Positions 40,304 to 49,496 of a stretch of DNA of 64,000 bases are shown here, piece after piece. Source of the DNA: an uncultured Gammaproteobacteria bacterium (GTDB lineage: Bacteria; Patescibacteriota; Microgenomatia; JAMCZE01). The stretch's first letter is position 1. Each line of letters begins with the position of its first letter. Below the pieces are notes generated by a model. It was given only the letters and a program-made list of their open reading frames with translations, did not search any database and was not told the origin of the DNA. The DNA is taken from NCBI GenBank assembly GCA_964641255.1, contig CAZXMM010000001.1, positions 409,984 through 473,983 on the forward strand, given 5' to 3'. A program made the translations under genes and the position numbers.

Positions 40304-41760
40304 TGAAACGTTACATTCCTTACTGGCTATTTTGGTTATTATTTATTTTTTTAGCTCTAGTTTTTAGAGACTCTTTCACCCACTTCTTCTTGGCAGATGA
40401 CTTTTTTCATATCATTCTCTCCAGAGGTGAAGCGCTCATTGGGGCGTTTAATATCTTTGAGCGCGCTTTTCGGGAGTATTATATTTACCGCCCCCTAACT
40501 ACTCAGTTATTTTGGACGGTGGGAGAGTCTCTCTTTGGATTAAACCCACTCCCTTATCACGTAATAAATTTTGCTTTTTACCTGGTTAATATCATTTTAG
40601 CTTATAAAGTTGGAAGGTTACTTTTGGGGTCGCCGCGCAGAGCCGGGCTAGTCACCCTTGTTTACGCCCTATCAGGGTCTCACTTTTACCGGCTTTTCTT
40701 TCTGTCTACTATTCAGGATACGGTTATGGCCACGCTGGTTATGTCAACACTCCTGCTGTATGCCAAAAACAGGAAGTTAGCTTTTGTGGCCTTTACTTTA
40801 GCACTAACCGCTAAAGAGACAGCGGTGACTACCCCAGCGATGCTTTTTGCTTATGACCTCTTAATCAACAAAAAATTTGCCCCCCGCGTCATTAGCTACG
40901 GCATAATTTCGGTTCTTTATTTTGCCGCCCACAAATACTTTTTTGGATTTTATCAAGGCGGGCTTTACACCTATGAATTTGGCTTACGAAGTACCATCAC
41001 CAATTATCTTTGGTACTACTTCTGGTCATTTGGCCTTCCCGAAGATTTTGTAAACGTTGGAGTGTTATCTCGTACTTTTTTTACGGGGGGGCAAGTACTT
41101 CAGACTTACGGCTGGTTTGGGCAAATCATTTTTTATCTTTTTCTCGCCCTTCAATCTTTGCTGGCTGTTGGGGCAACGCTCTGGTTAAAAACCCGTTTGC
41201 AGTGGCGCACCGTTCTTTTTGGGATAGCTGTGTTTATAGCCTTTGTGTTGCCGGTGGGCTTTTTCCCCTTTCACAAGTTTGCAATTAATTTGGCGGCCCC
41301 GCTGTTGGGGGTGGCACTGGTAGTTAGTGTGATCGTTGGCAGGATAAAATGGCTAACTTTTCTGGTGATTTTAGTTATGGCTATACTCCTTAGTCTTACG
41401 GTCGACTTTAACACTAATAATCACTGGATTAGTAAACGGGGCAAAATAGCCAGGGATACACTTACTCAGCTCAAAGAGCGCTATCCGCAGGGACTGGACG
41501 GCCAAACGATTTACGTTCGCAATAACTTCCAGTATCATTGTAAAATTGACCCAGGCGAGCAAAAGAACTCGGCCGAAATTGCCTATAGCCTGGCCTACCG
41601 CGACGGTCTGGACGTCTTTTATCCGAGAGATAACTTTAGTGTCTATTTCGAGGACTTTGATCAGAATGCCCACTGTGATATGTCTGTCGCCCTCGTTGAT
41701 GGTTGTAGAATTATCCGCACGGTTAAAGCCGATAGGGATCACTGTCCGAAAGGAGAATAA
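40303..41760 (+). CDS. GT-C-like membrane glycosyltransferase (DD..YRPL type, resembling the TMTC membrane domain)
   Basis: ADDFFH, YRPLT, GLNP.PYH..N, AKE; many TMs and a Cys-containing soluble C-terminus. Confidence 0.72.
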   Translation: MKRYIPYWLFWLLFIFLALVFRDSFTHFFLADDFFHIILSRGEALIGAFNIFERAFREYYIYRPLTTQLFWTVGESLFGLNPLPYHVINFAFYLVNIILAYKVGRLLLGSPRRAGLVTLVYALSGSHFYRLFFLSTIQDTVMATLVMSTLLLYAKNRKLAFVAFTLALTAKETAVTTPAMLFAYDLLINKKFAPRVISYGIISVLYFAAHKYFFGFYQGGLYTYEFGLRSTITNYLWYYFWSFGLPEDFVNVGVLSRTFFTGGQVLQTYGWFGQIIFYLFLALQSLLAVGATLWLKTRLQWRTVLFGIAVFIAFVLPVGFFPFHKFAINLAAPLLGVALVVSVIVGRIKWLTFLVILVMAILLSLTVDFNTNNHWISKRGKIARDTLTQLKERYPQGLDGQTIYVRNNFQYHCKIDPGEQKNSAEIAYSLAYRDGLDVFYPRDNFSVYFEDFDQNAHCDMSVALVDGCRIIRTVKADRDHCPKGE

Positions 41761-41762
41761 CG

Positions 41763-42455
41763 ATGAATAAAACTAAACCTGCCAAAAACAGCGAAGTTCT
41801 GGTTGTCATTCCCGCTTTTAATGAGGAGCAAACCCTTCCGGGAGTAATCAGGGATTTAAAAGAACACGGCTACTTTACGATCTTAGTGGTTGATGACGGT
41901 TCAGGCGATGCTACCAGTGCTGTAGCAAAAGAAAATGACGTCATGATGGTGCGCCATGTGGTTAACAGGGGTCTCGGAGCTGCTCTAGGAACTGGGTTTT
42001 CTTTTGCTAAACAAAATAACTTCAATTATCTTGTTACCTTTGACGGCGATGGCCAACATGAGGGCCGTAAGGTCAAGAAGCTGCTGGAGCCCATCATTAG
42101 TAACCAGGCTGATGTGGTAATCGGCAGTCGGCTCATTGACAGAAAAAGTGCGCCTTTTAAGATAAGAGTCCTTAATTATATAGCTAACTTGATCACCTTT
42201 GTTTTATATGGGGTGTGGACTACCGACTCGTTGTCTGGGTTACGAGCTTTTAATAAAGTGGCCTTAGAAAAAATTCATATTAAAACCGATCGCATGGAAG
42301 TGAGCAATGAGTTTTTTAAAGAAATCAGGCGTAATAAATTGCGCTTTATTGAAGTGCCGATAAAAGCGATTTATACTGACTACAGTAAAGCGCACACTCA
42401 CAATTTGGATCCGTGGTCAGTAGGGTTTAAAATGGTTTTGCGACTCTTTAGATGA
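41763..42455 (+). CDS. GT2 DPM/DPG-synthase-like glycosyltransferase paired with DUF2304
   Basis: VIPAFNEE, VVDDGSGD, H.VNRGLGAAL.TG, TFDGDGQH, GSR, TDSLSGLRA. Confidence 0.9.
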   Translation: MNKTKPAKNSEVLVVIPAFNEEQTLPGVIRDLKEHGYFTILVVDDGSGDATSAVAKENDVMMVRHVVNRGLGAALGTGFSFAKQNNFNYLVTFDGDGQHEGRKVKKLLEPIISNQADVVIGSRLIDRKSAPFKIRVLNYIANLITFVLYGVWTTDSLSGLRAFNKVALEKIHIKTDRMEVSNEFFKEIRRNKLRFIEVPIKAIYTDYSKAHTHNLDPWSVGFKMVLRLFR

Positions 42456-42796
42456 CAATGATGGGAATTTTGCAACTGCTACTTTTAATTTTTTTGGCCT
42501 TTGCTTTAAGCAGAGTGGTGCTTCGTTTCAAAGATGGGCTCATTAAACTCCCGGAATTTGTTTTTTGGGGACTGCTTTTTACTTCCGCAATTGTTGGAGT
42601 AGTTCTACCCCAGGAAACCACTAGATTAGCAAAACTACTGGGTATTGGCAGGGGGGCGGATTTGATTGTCTATGCTTCGCTAGCTACATTGTTTTACCTA
42701 GTCTTTCGCATTTATGTCCTGATGGAGGATATTCGCCATGAGATTACTAGTGTAGTTCGTAAGATTGCCCTAGAGAAACAGAGTAAAAGTAGATGA
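42452..42796 (+). CDS. DUF2304-family small membrane protein
   Basis: Three TMs, A..LGIGRGADL..Y, C-terminal EIT..VR.IAL; typical partner of the preceding GT2. Confidence 0.87.
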   Translation: MTMMGILQLLLLIFLAFALSRVVLRFKDGLIKLPEFVFWGLLFTSAIVGVVLPQETTRLAKLLGIGRGADLIVYASLATLFYLVFRIYVLMEDIRHEITSVVRKIALEKQSKSR

Positions 42797-43896
42797 ATAT
42801 TCTCTATCTTCTTGATTTTTTTCCAAAGACGAGTAAGGGTGGTGATGAATTGGCAGGTGGCGTCGAATCGCGCTATTTCTATCTAGTAGAGGAACTGCGA
42901 AAAAGGGGACATACAGTTTCTGTTATAGCCCGTTCTGGTTTATTGACCGAAGTGGCAAAGTCATACCAACCAAACATTTTTGATCGTCTCTTTATCTTTC
43001 AGTGGCGAGCCATTAAAGAGGGCTTGGCAATCGATTTTGATGTAGTCGAAGGGGGGAGTTGGATTACCTATTTTGCCGCCTATATGCTCGGGAAATTAAA
43101 GCGAAAGCCAGTAGTCTTTTGCTACCATGATGTAGCCATTGGCAAGTGGTCCATGCTTTTTGGAAAGCTTGGCTTTATCGGAGAACTGGGAGAGCGATTT
43201 ATTCTCGCCCTCAGACCGGACGCTTTTGTAGCTGTTAGCGAAAGCACCAAGGAAGCATTAATCCAAAACGGAGTCGTCGCCAGCCGGGTAAGAGTAGTTC
43301 ATAATGGCGTAAGTTACCAGGATTTAGCTAAGGTTAAAGTAGCAGGTAAAAAGTATGACATTTGCTGTGTGGCCCGCCTGGTGCCTTACAAAAATGTTGC
43401 CGATTTGCTAGCGGCGATTGCCAAGTTGATAAAGCGTCACCCCAAGTTGTCAGTGGCCATTGTGGGCCAAGGCCCACAGGAAAATGAACTTAAAAAGTTG
43501 GCGACAAAACTGGGGATAAGTAAGTTGGTTGATTTCAAGGGTCATCTACCCAGTCACCTTGACGTTTTGCGCCTAATCAAATCGTCAAAGATCTTTTGTT
43601 TACCATCGAGTTTTGAGGGTTTTGGCATCAGTGTCATTGAGGCTCAAGCTTTGGGCGTGCCGGTGGTGGTGTCAGATATCCCCGCCCTTAAAGAAGTAAG
43701 TCAAAATGGAAAAGCTGGCGTGGTGTTTAAACTTGGTGATACCAAGGAGTTAGCCCTAAAACTGGAAAATTTGTTGCACGACCAAAAATTATCACAAAGT
43801 TTGCAAATAGAGGGCCGAAAGAGCGCCCAAAGGTATTCTTGGCCAGTACTAGCAAGGAGGTTGAGTATACTCTATGAAAATTTGCGTACTCACTGA
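42793..43896 (+). CDS. GT4 glycosyltransferase
   Basis: GGVE, GH.V, AVS, HNGV, ARLVPYKN, PSSFEGFGISVIEAQALG. Confidence 0.92.
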   Translation: MNILYLLDFFPKTSKGGDELAGGVESRYFYLVEELRKRGHTVSVIARSGLLTEVAKSYQPNIFDRLFIFQWRAIKEGLAIDFDVVEGGSWITYFAAYMLGKLKRKPVVFCYHDVAIGKWSMLFGKLGFIGELGERFILALRPDAFVAVSESTKEALIQNGVVASRVRVVHNGVSYQDLAKVKVAGKKYDICCVARLVPYKNVADLLAAIAKLIKRHPKLSVAIVGQGPQENELKKLATKLGISKLVDFKGHLPSHLDVLRLIKSSKIFCLPSSFEGFGISVIEAQALGVPVVVSDIPALKEVSQNGKAGVVFKLGDTKELALKLENLLHDQKLSQSLQIEGRKSAQRYSWPVLARRLSILYENLRTH

Positions 43897-44932
43897 CGCC
43901 TGGACACCGGTTTGGGGTGGTGGCCAGGAGCATATTTGGCAAGTCTACACGCGCTTAGCGGTCCAAGGCCACCAGGTTGATATTGTAGTGCCAAATCTGA
44001 CTGCTCAGGATAAAAAAAACCTTCGGAGAGTGGAAAACCACGGCAATCTACGAATCATCAGGTTTGGCCCTGCTTTTATCTTTCCCAACCTCTTCGGTCG
44101 TTTCCTTTTTGTGCTTAACACTTTCTACTTTACCCTCAGTACTAAATATGATTGGTACCACAGTCATAGCCCATCAACATCACTATGTCTGCCATTATTA
44201 AAATTACTGGGCAGAAGAGTGGCCTATACGGTTCATGGAAAAGGCAAAGATCTTTTGGGGGGTGGGCTAGTTAATAAGTTAGGGGTTCTTTCCCTACTAA
44301 ACAATCTATTGGTTTATTGGATGCCGTATGACGTTCTTTTTTCAGCGGCGGCTTCGTCAATTGAAAGAAAACCCCGTGCCAGAAAGCTTATCATCATTGG
44401 TAATGGCGTAGATGTGGCCGAGTTTGATAAAGAAAAAGCCACTCCCGATCCTAAACATTTTACGATTCTTTGTATTGGTCGGAGAGACCCAGTAAAAGGT
44501 CTGGAACTACTTGAGCAAGCAGTTATTCTAGTGCAAAAGAAGTACCCCCAGGTTAGACTAAATCTTGTTTCCGGGAGAAAAAGAACTGCCAGAGACTTCA
44601 AAACTGCAGACCTGTATGTTTTACCATCACTATCAGAAGGGTTACCCATTGTGATCTTGGAAGCAATGGCTGCCAGTTTGCCAATTGTTGCCACGGCTGT
44701 GGGTGATGTCCCGAAGCTTCTCAGCGAATCAGGTGCGGGTCAAGTAGTTAAACCAGGAGAAATTTCTGCACTCGCGATTGGGATCGAACAAAGTATCAGG
44801 AGGGAAGCAAAACTCAGAGAAATGGGGACCCAAGGCTACCACTACGTCAAAAAACATTTTACTTGGAAAGAAGTAACAAAACTTGTGTTTGAGGGCTATC
44901 AGTCCTTGAAGCCTACAAAGACTAACGAGTAG
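43874..44932 (+). CDS. GT4 glycosyltransferase with a shortened C-terminal domain
   Basis: GGGQEH, NGVD, GR...KG, LPSLSEGLPIVILEAMA, FTW. Confidence 0.9.
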   Translation: MKICVLTDAWTPVWGGGQEHIWQVYTRLAVQGHQVDIVVPNLTAQDKKNLRRVENHGNLRIIRFGPAFIFPNLFGRFLFVLNTFYFTLSTKYDWYHSHSPSTSLCLPLLKLLGRRVAYTVHGKGKDLLGGGLVNKLGVLSLLNNLLVYWMPYDVLFSAAASSIERKPRARKLIIIGNGVDVAEFDKEKATPDPKHFTILCIGRRDPVKGLELLEQAVILVQKKYPQVRLNLVSGRKRTARDFKTADLYVLPSLSEGLPIVILEAMAASLPIVATAVGDVPKLLSESGAGQVVKPGEISALAIGIEQSIRREAKLREMGTQGYHYVKKHFTWKEVTKLVFEGYQSLKPTKTNE

Positions 44933-45675
44933 CTAAGGTATTGGTCTAGTGGGGTTCCTCGCTCTAACTTTAAGCTCTTGATATCCGTGGTCTGTTTCCT
45001 TCCGAGAAGTTTTCTGACGATAACAATAGGATTAATAAAATTAAGCGAGTACCAGAGGTTATCTCCTAAGAATCGGTAGTGTTTTATTCCAAGTTTTAGG
45101 GCCAATTGTCGCCACTCAGATCTAGTGTAGGGATACTCTTCTCCTACTTTCCAAAGTTTGGCCATTTCAGCCGCTACCTTAAAGAAACGATAGGGCAGGT
45201 TATAGGCATTTGGGACCGAGATAATAGCGATGCCCTGTGGTTTGAGCAGATCAAAATGAGCTTGATTGATTGTCAGACGCCTTTCACCACTAAAATGTTC
45301 GGTGAGGCCAAATGACATGGCTATATCAAATTTTCCCTTCAGTTCTTTAGGCAGATTAAGGGCATCGGCCTGAATGAATGTGGCCTGTAGTCCATTATGT
45401 TTAAAGAAGGATTTTGCCCTTGATAGTGCTTTGGGAGAATAATCCAGGATCGTTACTTTAGCGCCGTTTTTGGCCATGAGAGCCGCGTTGGTACCAGCTC
45501 CCGCTCCTATTTCAATCACTTGTAAGTCCTTTGCAAAGCTAAAGTGGCTATTGACTAAGGAAAGAATCCGTTGCCAGCGAATCGACAGTTCTTCTTGAGC
45601 TAAGTTAAATCGGTCTTCATTAGGCGTGACATCTCTCCATAGTTTATCCCATAGCTCAGGTGAGTTTTGTGTCAT
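44899..45675 (-). CDS. Class I SAM-dependent methyltransferase
   Basis: VIEIGAGAG, LDYS, ADA, FDIAMSFGLTEHF, LKPQG...ISVPN. Start moved to ATG 45675 (MTQNS) to avoid overlapping wzm. Confidence 0.9.
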   Translation of the reverse strand: MTQNSPELWDKLWRDVTPNEDRFNLAQEELSIRWQRILSLVNSHFSFAKDLQVIEIGAGAGTNAALMAKNGAKVTILDYSPKALSRAKSFFKHNGLQATFIQADALNLPKELKGKFDIAMSFGLTEHFSGERRLTINQAHFDLLKPQGIAIISVPNAYNLPYRFFKVAAEMAKLWKVGEEYPYTRSEWRQLALKLGIKHYRFLGDNLWYSLNFINPIVIVRKLLGRKQTTDIKSLKLERGTPLDQYLSYSLVFVGFKD

Positions 45676-45726
45676 AAGACTTACTAGAGATAATACACCA
45701 AAATCGCTATACTTACGCCTGAGAAT
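45676..45726. promoter_or_regulatory. Divergent promoter region between the methyltransferase and wzm
   Basis: 51-bp gap with TATACT (45708-45713) on + and TATTAT on -, each 13-14 nt from its ATG. Confidence 0.45.
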
Positions 45727-46548
45727 ATGATTAAGCCGATTATCATTCGTCCTAGTGAGCCGTGGTGGAAAATTGATTTTGCCGAAATTTGGCAGTATAA
45801 AAATTTGTTGTATGTTCTGGCTTGGCGTGATGTAACTGTTAGGTATAAGCAAACAGTTCTCGGGATTCTCTGGGCAGTTTTTCAGCCGTTGGTGACGACA
45901 GGTATTTTTAGCATCTTCTTTGGAACCATCGCCAAAATTCCTTCCGATGGACTGCCTTACCCACTGTTCACTTTCATCGGCCTTGCTTTGTGGAATTTTT
46001 TTTCAAGTGGAATAGCAAATGCCAGCAACAGTCTCATTACTAACGCGAGTATAATTACTAAGGTATATTTTCCCAGGTTTTTAGTTCCCTTTGCTTCAAT
46101 TGCTACATCTGGTGTCGATTTTGCCATTACACTTTTATTAGTTCTGGTAGCAATTTTATTATATGGCTACATACCCTCGATCCAAACTTTATACGTCTTT
46201 CCCATGCTTTTAGTAATTCTTGTTTTAGCCATGGGAGGACTGGGTCTAATGACAGCAGCGATCAATATTAAATTCCGCGATGTCCGTTATATTCTGCCTT
46301 TCTTCATTCAAATTGGTTTGTACATTACGCCAATTATTTATCCATTATCTGTGATTCATGATTATAGGCGGTGGATTTTAATGTTGAATCCTATGACGGC
46401 AGTTATTGAGAGTAGCCGTGCTTTGGTTAATTCAGCCTCATTGGATTGGCTAATGATTTCGATTGGGTTTTTAGTTGCCTTGGGGTTATTTATCCTTGGG
46501 CTCTATTTATTTAGGAAAACAGAATATTTATTTGTTGATATATCCTAA
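45727..46548 (+). CDS. wzm: ABC-2 polysaccharide export permease
   Basis: RD..VRYKQTVLG.LW...QP, TKVYFPR, FRDV, TPIIYP, LNPM. Confidence 0.93.
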   Translation: MIKPIIIRPSEPWWKIDFAEIWQYKNLLYVLAWRDVTVRYKQTVLGILWAVFQPLVTTGIFSIFFGTIAKIPSDGLPYPLFTFIGLALWNFFSSGIANASNSLITNASIITKVYFPRFLVPFASIATSGVDFAITLLLVLVAILLYGYIPSIQTLYVFPMLLVILVLAMGGLGLMTAAINIKFRDVRYILPFFIQIGLYITPIIYPLSVIHDYRRWILMLNPMTAVIESSRALVNSASLDWLMISIGFLVALGLFILGLYLFRKTEYLFVDIS

Positions 46549-46550
46549 CA

Positions 46551-47768
46551 ATGCAACCTATTATTGAAGTTAAAAATCTATCAAAGAAATATAGCTTAGG
46601 TTCATATCAACCTTACGAAACCCTTCGAGATACTATAGTAAGCTTATTTAATAAGCAGGGACTACACTCTAATAAATTAAAAAAACAAGAATTCTGGGCA
46701 CTAAAGGACATTAATTTTGAAGTACAAAAAGGCGAAGTTATTGGCATTATCGGCAGAAATGGGGCAGGCAAAAGTACCCTTCTTAGAATTCTAAGTCGAA
46801 TAACGCTTCCGACAGAAGGCGAAGCAATTATGCATGGACGGGTGGCCAGTCTGTTGGAGGTGGGAACGGGATTTAGTCCCGAGCTAACAGGCCGGGAAAA
46901 CATTTTTTTAAATGGTGCAGTTTTAGGGATGGGGCGCAAAGAAATCCAACGAAAATTTCAGGCTATCGTTAATTTTGCTGAAATAGGCAAGTTCATTGAC
47001 ACACCAGTCAAATACTATTCATCAGGGATGTATACCAGGCTAGCTTTTGCAGTAGCGGCTCATCTAGAGCCCGAGATTTTGATCGTTGACGAAGTATTGT
47101 CAGTTGGGGATTTAAGATTTCAAAAGAAGTCTTTAGGAAAGATTGAAGATTTGACCCATGCGGAAGGAAGGACAGTTTTGTTTGTTAGCCATAATATGGG
47201 AGCTGTAAACCAATTATGTCGTCATACTATTCTTTTGGATGGTGGAAAAGTGGTGTTTTATGGAGCTACAGAGGAAGCCATTCGGTTGTATTCGCTGCAG
47301 AGCTTTGATAAAAACCAATTTAAAACTGTGCTTCAGGGGGATTTAGCGACTACACTAAAGCTAACCCAGATTTTTATTAACAATAAAGAGGCTAATAATC
47401 AGGTGCTATTGCCGAATCAAAGCATTGAATTTAAGGCGAAATTTAAGAGTAAGAAGAAAAACTCTAACCTAGTCATTAATTTTTCGTTATATAAAGATGG
47501 TCAGAGGCTTTTTACATTAAGTGATACAGAAAACCCGAGAGATCAACCCACAGGAAATTTTATCTCCGAATTTCAAATTCCAAGCTACTTATTACGTCCA
47601 GGTTATTATTCCATTGCCTTGGGTGGGTATCGTGTGGGCAGTGGTGAGTGGTGCTGGGGTACCGATTTAGCAGGATTTACCATAGCAGAGGTTTGGGACA
47701 GGAAAAATATACAAACTAACTTAGGAATTTTCAATCTACCCAATTATGGGCAACGAAAAAATGAATAA
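46551..47768 (+). CDS. wzt: ABC polysaccharide export ATPase with C-terminal Wzt_C-like domain
   Basis: FWALKDI, Walker A GRNGAGKST, ELTGREN, YSSGM..RLAF, IVDEVLSVGD, VSH, plus a roughly 150-aa beta-rich C-terminal extension. Confidence 0.95.
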   Translation: MQPIIEVKNLSKKYSLGSYQPYETLRDTIVSLFNKQGLHSNKLKKQEFWALKDINFEVQKGEVIGIIGRNGAGKSTLLRILSRITLPTEGEAIMHGRVASLLEVGTGFSPELTGRENIFLNGAVLGMGRKEIQRKFQAIVNFAEIGKFIDTPVKYYSSGMYTRLAFAVAAHLEPEILIVDEVLSVGDLRFQKKSLGKIEDLTHAEGRTVLFVSHNMGAVNQLCRHTILLDGGKVVFYGATEEAIRLYSLQSFDKNQFKTVLQGDLATTLKLTQIFINNKEANNQVLLPNQSIEFKAKFKSKKKNSNLVINFSLYKDGQRLFTLSDTENPRDQPTGNFISEFQIPSYLLRPGYYSIALGGYRVGSGEWCWGTDLAGFTIAEVWDRKNIQTNLGIFNLPNYGQRKNE

Positions 47769-48492
47769 ACAAAGAAAGGTAATTACGAGAAGAACATGCT
47801 TTCCCCTTTGGGATGTAATTTTATTACACAACAAAATAGAAAACTTACCTCGTTTATTTAGGGCTATGGAATTATTTTTATGGGAATTCGCCTTCTTTAC
47901 CAGCGTCAATCGTCACGAACCAGTTGATAAAAACTTACAGCCTGTCCCGTGGTTAACGTATCCTGCTATCGAATTTTTAAACAGATTAAATTTTAAATCT
48001 AAATCGGTTTTTGAATTTGGGGCAGGTAATTCCTCACTTTATTTTTCAGGAAAGGGTGCTAGTGTTTTCAGTGTTGAGAGTGATTTACACTGGTATAATA
48101 GGCTTAGTCTCAGGATAGCTAATAATAACAAGCTTTATTACGCCAAAACCAAGAAGGAATATCTAGAGTCAATTAAAAAACCAAGGACAAAATTTGATGT
48201 AGTTCTAATCGATGGGCTTTATAGGTATAGCAGTTCTTCATTAGCAATCAAATATCTCAAACCAACCGGTTTTATTATTTTGGATAATAGCGAGTGGTTT
48301 CCTAGGGCGTTTGCCCAGCTCGAAAGTTGTGGGTTTACGCACGTCGACTTTAGTGGCTTTAGCCCATTTAATGACTACACACTTACCACCTCAATTTTTT
48401 TTAAAAAGTCTAGTTCCTTTGATTTTGATTCTGATAAAAATGCTCACTACTCGATTGGCTCGATAAAGCACATTTCCCCCGAGGACCGTTAA
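47761..48492 (+). CDS. Putative SAM-dependent methyltransferase (glycan-cluster type)
   Basis: PWLTYPAIEFL, VFEFGAGNSS, SVE, FDVVLIDG, LK..G.IILDNS. Start moved to ATG 47761. Confidence 0.8.
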   Translation: MNKQRKVITRRTCFPLWDVILLHNKIENLPRLFRAMELFLWEFAFFTSVNRHEPVDKNLQPVPWLTYPAIEFLNRLNFKSKSVFEFGAGNSSLYFSGKGASVFSVESDLHWYNRLSLRIANNNKLYYAKTKKEYLESIKKPRTKFDVVLIDGLYRYSSSSLAIKYLKPTGFIILDNSEWFPRAFAQLESCGFTHVDFSGFSPFNDYTLTTSIFFKKSSSFDFDSDKNAHYSIGSIKHISPEDR

Positions 48493-48502
48493 GTTATTAA
48501 TC

Positions 48503-49375
48503 ATGAAGATTTATATTTTGCCAGTCGATAAGGAATTGCAACCGCACAAACAACCTTTTAAGTATCCAAAACATAACAATTTTTATGGTGTTGAGCAGGA
48601 CTTTTATGCATTTTTAACTACACATCGTCAGTTGTTGACAACTGATGAAAATAAGGCTGATTGGCATTATCTACCGATTTATTGGACACGACGACATCAT
48701 AATAAAGGTACTAGCAATGCGGCCCTTAAAGAATTGCAAGAAAAAGTTGACAAAATCATAGTAAACTCAAAAAAAACCTTTACCATTTGCCAGTATGATG
48801 ATGGACCTATGGTCAAATTAGGCAAAGGACAAGTTTTTCTATCCTCAAGAAAGTCGTACGTTGGCCTTGATATTCCTTTATTATCCGCGACTCATCGGTT
48901 TCCGCTGTTTAAACAATCAAAAAAGTATTTAGCTTCCTTCGTTGGAAGATTCTCAACACACCCTATACGACAGAGAATGGCTGAAAAGCTGAGTAACAGA
49001 CCTGGTCTTTTTATTAAAGACGGTGAGATCTCAGAAGGCGACTTTGTTAAGTTGATTCTAAGATCATATGTTTCGCTTTGCCCCCGAGGCTATGGGGGAA
49101 GTTCTTTTAGATTTTTTGAATCTCTGCAGTTAGGTGTTGTTCCTTTAATGATAGGTAATGTAGATACGAGACCCTTTAAAGAGTTTATTGACTGGAATGC
49201 TATTTCTTTTTTTGCTCGCGACGAAAACTCTGCCCTAGCTATTTTAGAAAAAGCAAATCTTAAACAGCTACTCAATATGGGTCAGAGAGCGCTGTCATTT
49301 TATCGATCAGATCTAGACTATGGCAAATGGTGTAAATACGTTATTATGGAACTGAAAAGGAGACAGTCTCAATAG
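48503..49375 (+). CDS. Exostosin/GT47-family glycosyltransferase
   Basis: T.DENKADW.YLP, KYLASFVG, R, SYVSLCPRGYGGSSFRFFESLQLGVVP, PF...IDW. Confidence 0.82.
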   Translation: MKIYILPVDKELQPHKQPFKYPKHNNFYGVEQDFYAFLTTHRQLLTTDENKADWHYLPIYWTRRHHNKGTSNAALKELQEKVDKIIVNSKKTFTICQYDDGPMVKLGKGQVFLSSRKSYVGLDIPLLSATHRFPLFKQSKKYLASFVGRFSTHPIRQRMAEKLSNRPGLFIKDGEISEGDFVKLILRSYVSLCPRGYGGSSFRFFESLQLGVVPLMIGNVDTRPFKEFIDWNAISFFARDENSALAILEKANLKQLLNMGQRALSFYRSDLDYGKWCKYVIMELKRRQSQ

Positions 49376-49496
49376 TCTAGACCTTACTAAACATTATCGC
49401 CGGCACATGCCAGCAAAATTGTGAAAGTTCGAGTCCTGAAAAGAAATATAAAATAATTGTTATTAGTCAAACTGTTTTTATAGAAATCATAAAAAG

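Noticed and set aside
45676-45852. 59-aa N-terminal extension of the minus-strand methyltransferase (similar extensions at 1084, 3745, 14813, 28701, 34927, 39131)
   Set aside because: They overlap neighbouring genes or promoter boxes; downstream ATGs fit domain starts and coupling better.
49427-49436. GTTCGAGTCC, resembling a tRNA T-loop or att-site remnant
   Set aside because: Flanks do not form a T-stem, and there is no acceptor stem, CCA or nearby integrase.
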